Shown here: positions 61,500 to 64,000 of the stretch, piece by piece
Layout of the letters: each line of letters opens with the position of its first letter
Numbering within the stretch: the stretch's first letter is position 1
Assembly: GCF_963921235.1 (NCBI RefSeq)
Contig: NC_086101.1
Coordinates: forward strand, 6,760,001 to 6,824,000
DNA length: 64,000 bases
Direction: 5' to 3'
DNA from: Mobula hypostoma
Lineage: Eukaryota
The notes under the pieces: generated by a model
The model's input: the letters and a program-made list of their open reading frames with translations, nothing else
The model's database searches: none
What the model was told of the DNA's origin: nothing
Made by a program: the position numbers and the translations under genes

Positions 61500-63379
61500 C
61501 TTAGTGTTGAATGGGGGGAATAAAAGATGACGGCACTGTTTTCCTTCCATAGACCAAAGGCAAGCTGGATGGTGCATTGATTGGCCACTGGATATTGTCG
61601 TTTGTGAACATGGGTGACAACAGGAGGAAAGAGGCGATGGGAGACAGGGAAGTTACGGTGGTCAGGAGCAGGGTCATATCCAGGACAGTTACGTCCTTCT
61701 TAGACTAAGTCCGAATTCACTGTTAGAATGCAAGTTTTGTTCCTGGATGAGGAGCAGCAAGAGTCAGTACCAGAATCCAGGAGCATCACTCACCGATCCC
61801 GGGACCAGTGCAGTTGTTCCACTGTGAATGGGTGGGAACTTTTTACTCGAAACGCGATTACACACAGAGAGTGCGGTTCGGTCATTGTATCCCGTCCTCG
61901 GGCTGGGAGGGATCTCTCGGTGGAACTGAAATTATACATAATTCCTGATTGGTCAATTGAAGAACAGCACCATGACCGTGGAGAGTCCTGAGTGATCATA
62001 TTACTTTGGAACGAGGTGCATAGATTTCGCACACAACATGTACATTTCACCAGAACTCGCTGCTTTGCTAATCTCAGGGTCCCTTTACCCCCGGTCACTG
62101 GAAATGGCAGTTTTTTTTTAAGATTCTGAGGACACGCAGTTCACTTTTATTGTCATTTAGTAATGCATGCATTAAGAAATGATACAATTTGTTCCTCCAG
62201 AATGATATCACAGAAACGCAAGACAAGCCAAGACTAAATAAAATCTGACAAAAAAAACACATAATTATAACATATAGTTACAACAGTGCAAAGCAATACC
62301 GTAATTTTATGAAGAACAGACCATGGGCACGGTAAAAAAAAAAAAGTCTCAAAGTCTCTCGAAAGTCCCATTATCTCACCCAGAAGGTTGAAGGGAAAAA
62401 CTCTCCCTGCCATGAGCTTCCAGCGCCGCAAACTTGCCGATGCAGCGTCCTGGAAGCACCCGACCACAGTCCGACTCTGAGTCCGTCCGAAAACTTCGAG
62501 CCTCCGACCAGCCCTCCGACACCGAGCACCGAGCACCATCTCTGCTGAGCGCTTCGACCCCGACCCTGGCAACAGTCAATAGGCAAATCCGAGGATTTGG
62601 GGCCTTCCCCTCCGGATATTCTCGATCTCAGAGTAGCAGCGGCAGCGAAGCAGGCATTTCAGAAGATTCTCCAGATGTTCCTCCGTACTTCTCACGTCCG
62701 TCTCCATCAAACCAAGATTGTGCATGGCCCCTATTTAACAAAAACGATATCAATTCGGAGTGGCCGCCAGCTTCTACCTATTCATTATGCACAAAGCCAC
62801 AATTCAGTTGCCGTGCAACCACCACGTGATGGAAGCCGTGCAACCATTGTATACAGTGTGATGGACAGGGGATGAAATACATTCTCACATATTGACAGAT
62901 CGTTCCATATTGACAGTTTTTAAGATATGAATTAATATTTTAATAATTATCGTTTTGGGTGACTTCACTCTCGGAGCGTAGGAAGGTAAAAGTGATTTTT
63001 GAGATTTTGAAGATTCATGGAGGTCATAGATGGATAATGAGAACCTCTTCTGTTTAAATATAGAGGGTACATGTCTATGGGGACGTGGAGTGATACACGC
63101 GGACAATCTAACCAAGGCCAAGGGTCACATAACAAATGGTGGAATGTGAGGAAATACAGAAGGCCAGAGGACCCTGGACAGCTTGCTGAGAGATCTCGGA
63201 ATATCAGGGCTTAGTTCGGTCGGTCAGTTAAGAATCGATGGACACTTGACGTCATTGGGTGAAGGTACTAAATGCCAGAGCAGGGAGCTCAGCTACAACT
63301 ATAGAAACACAAGTCTGGCCAAATCCGAAGCAATGTATACAGTCCTGGTCACTACACCACAGGGACATGGAGATGCACC
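61500..63379. repeat. Duplicated segment, copy B (contains the 62118-62766 insertion)
   Basis: Colinear with 51253-52366 once the insertion is removed. Confidence 0.85.
62118..62766 (-). mobile_element. Non-coding retroelement family, copy 3
   Basis: Similar to 53186-53855; absent at the equivalent site of duplicate copy A. Confidence 0.82.
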
Positions 63380-63799
63380 AACATTAAAATTAGGAGGAGG
63401 AATCCCCACTTTATTCTGCTTTCTATTATTGAACGGAATATGGAATTGATCTGCATTCACAGTCTGAAAGTCATTTTTTCCCTGTACCTCAGTACAATAT
63501 TTCTTTAACCATGGTCACTGGAAGAATTAAATAGACTCCAATAGTGTAAATTAGTAATCAGTTATATGCAAATACATTGTGGGTCGATGGTTCCATTTCC
63601 GTCTCAATGATATTTGAAGTACGAATCCAATGTAACTAGTTTCATTCAAACTGTCACTCGGTAGAATAAATAAGTATCAGCTGGAGTTAGTTTAATATAG
63701 TTGTGAACAATGAAGCTTCAACAAAAAATGCAGGTAATTATATATGACGACTCAGTGCTAAAGTTATGGAACAAAATGCAAAACAATGAATTAACCTTA

Positions 63800-64000
63800 T
63801 ACACTCACACTGTACTAGAGACTGACAGGTACAGAATGAACCCCACACACTCACGCTGTGCCAGATAATGACAGGTACAGAATGAACCCCACACTCTCAC
63901 ACTGTACCAGAGACCGACAGGTACAAAATGAACACCACACTCTCACACTGCACCAGAGACTGACAGGTACAGAATGAACCCCATACACTCACAGTGTACC
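63800..64000 (+). repeat. Minisatellite, about 42-44-bp unit, running off the window end
   Basis: About 4.5 copies of cactctcacactgtaccagagactgacaggtacagaatgaaccc. Confidence 0.93.

Noticed and set aside
63800..64000. CRISPR-like array
   Set aside because: Contiguous tandem units without unique spacers, no cas genes, vertebrate context.

Overview
Eukaryotic, repeat-dense genomic DNA; the repeat families and gene style point to a cartilaginous fish, probably a ray (inference). There is one well-supported protein-coding gene: a six-exon, minus-strand TRIM E3 ligase (RING, B-box, coiled-coil, PRY/SPRY B30.2). Its exons are 35678-35268, 35181-35086, 34278-34045, 26068-26046, 25949-25831 and 14733-14201, with GT-AG introns and a 1416-nt CDS (471 aa). 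Most other ORFs are decayed transposon fragments: CR1 LINEs (some near full length), Rex1/Babar-type LINEs, a Tx1/L1-clade LINE, Penelope-like (GIY-YIG) elements, tRNA-derived SINEs, an RTE-derived element, a Tc1/mariner, a Chapaev-like fragment and a probable Gypsy-type solo LTR, often nested. The most interesting non-obvious signal is a recurring minimal type I hammerhead ribozyme (AGTC-CTGACGA-AGGGTCTCGGCCT-GAAAC-GTC-GACT) in the terminal repeats of the Penelope-like elements, with at least 8 copies. Also notable are 5'-inverted Penelope insertions (one with a 14-bp target-site duplication), a possible HDV-like ribozyme relic, a ~1.1-kb duplicated promoter/first-exon-like module upstream of the TRIM, and a ~650-bp non-coding retroelement family. 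Family assignments come from motif recognition only; no database search was run, and repeat boundaries are approximate.
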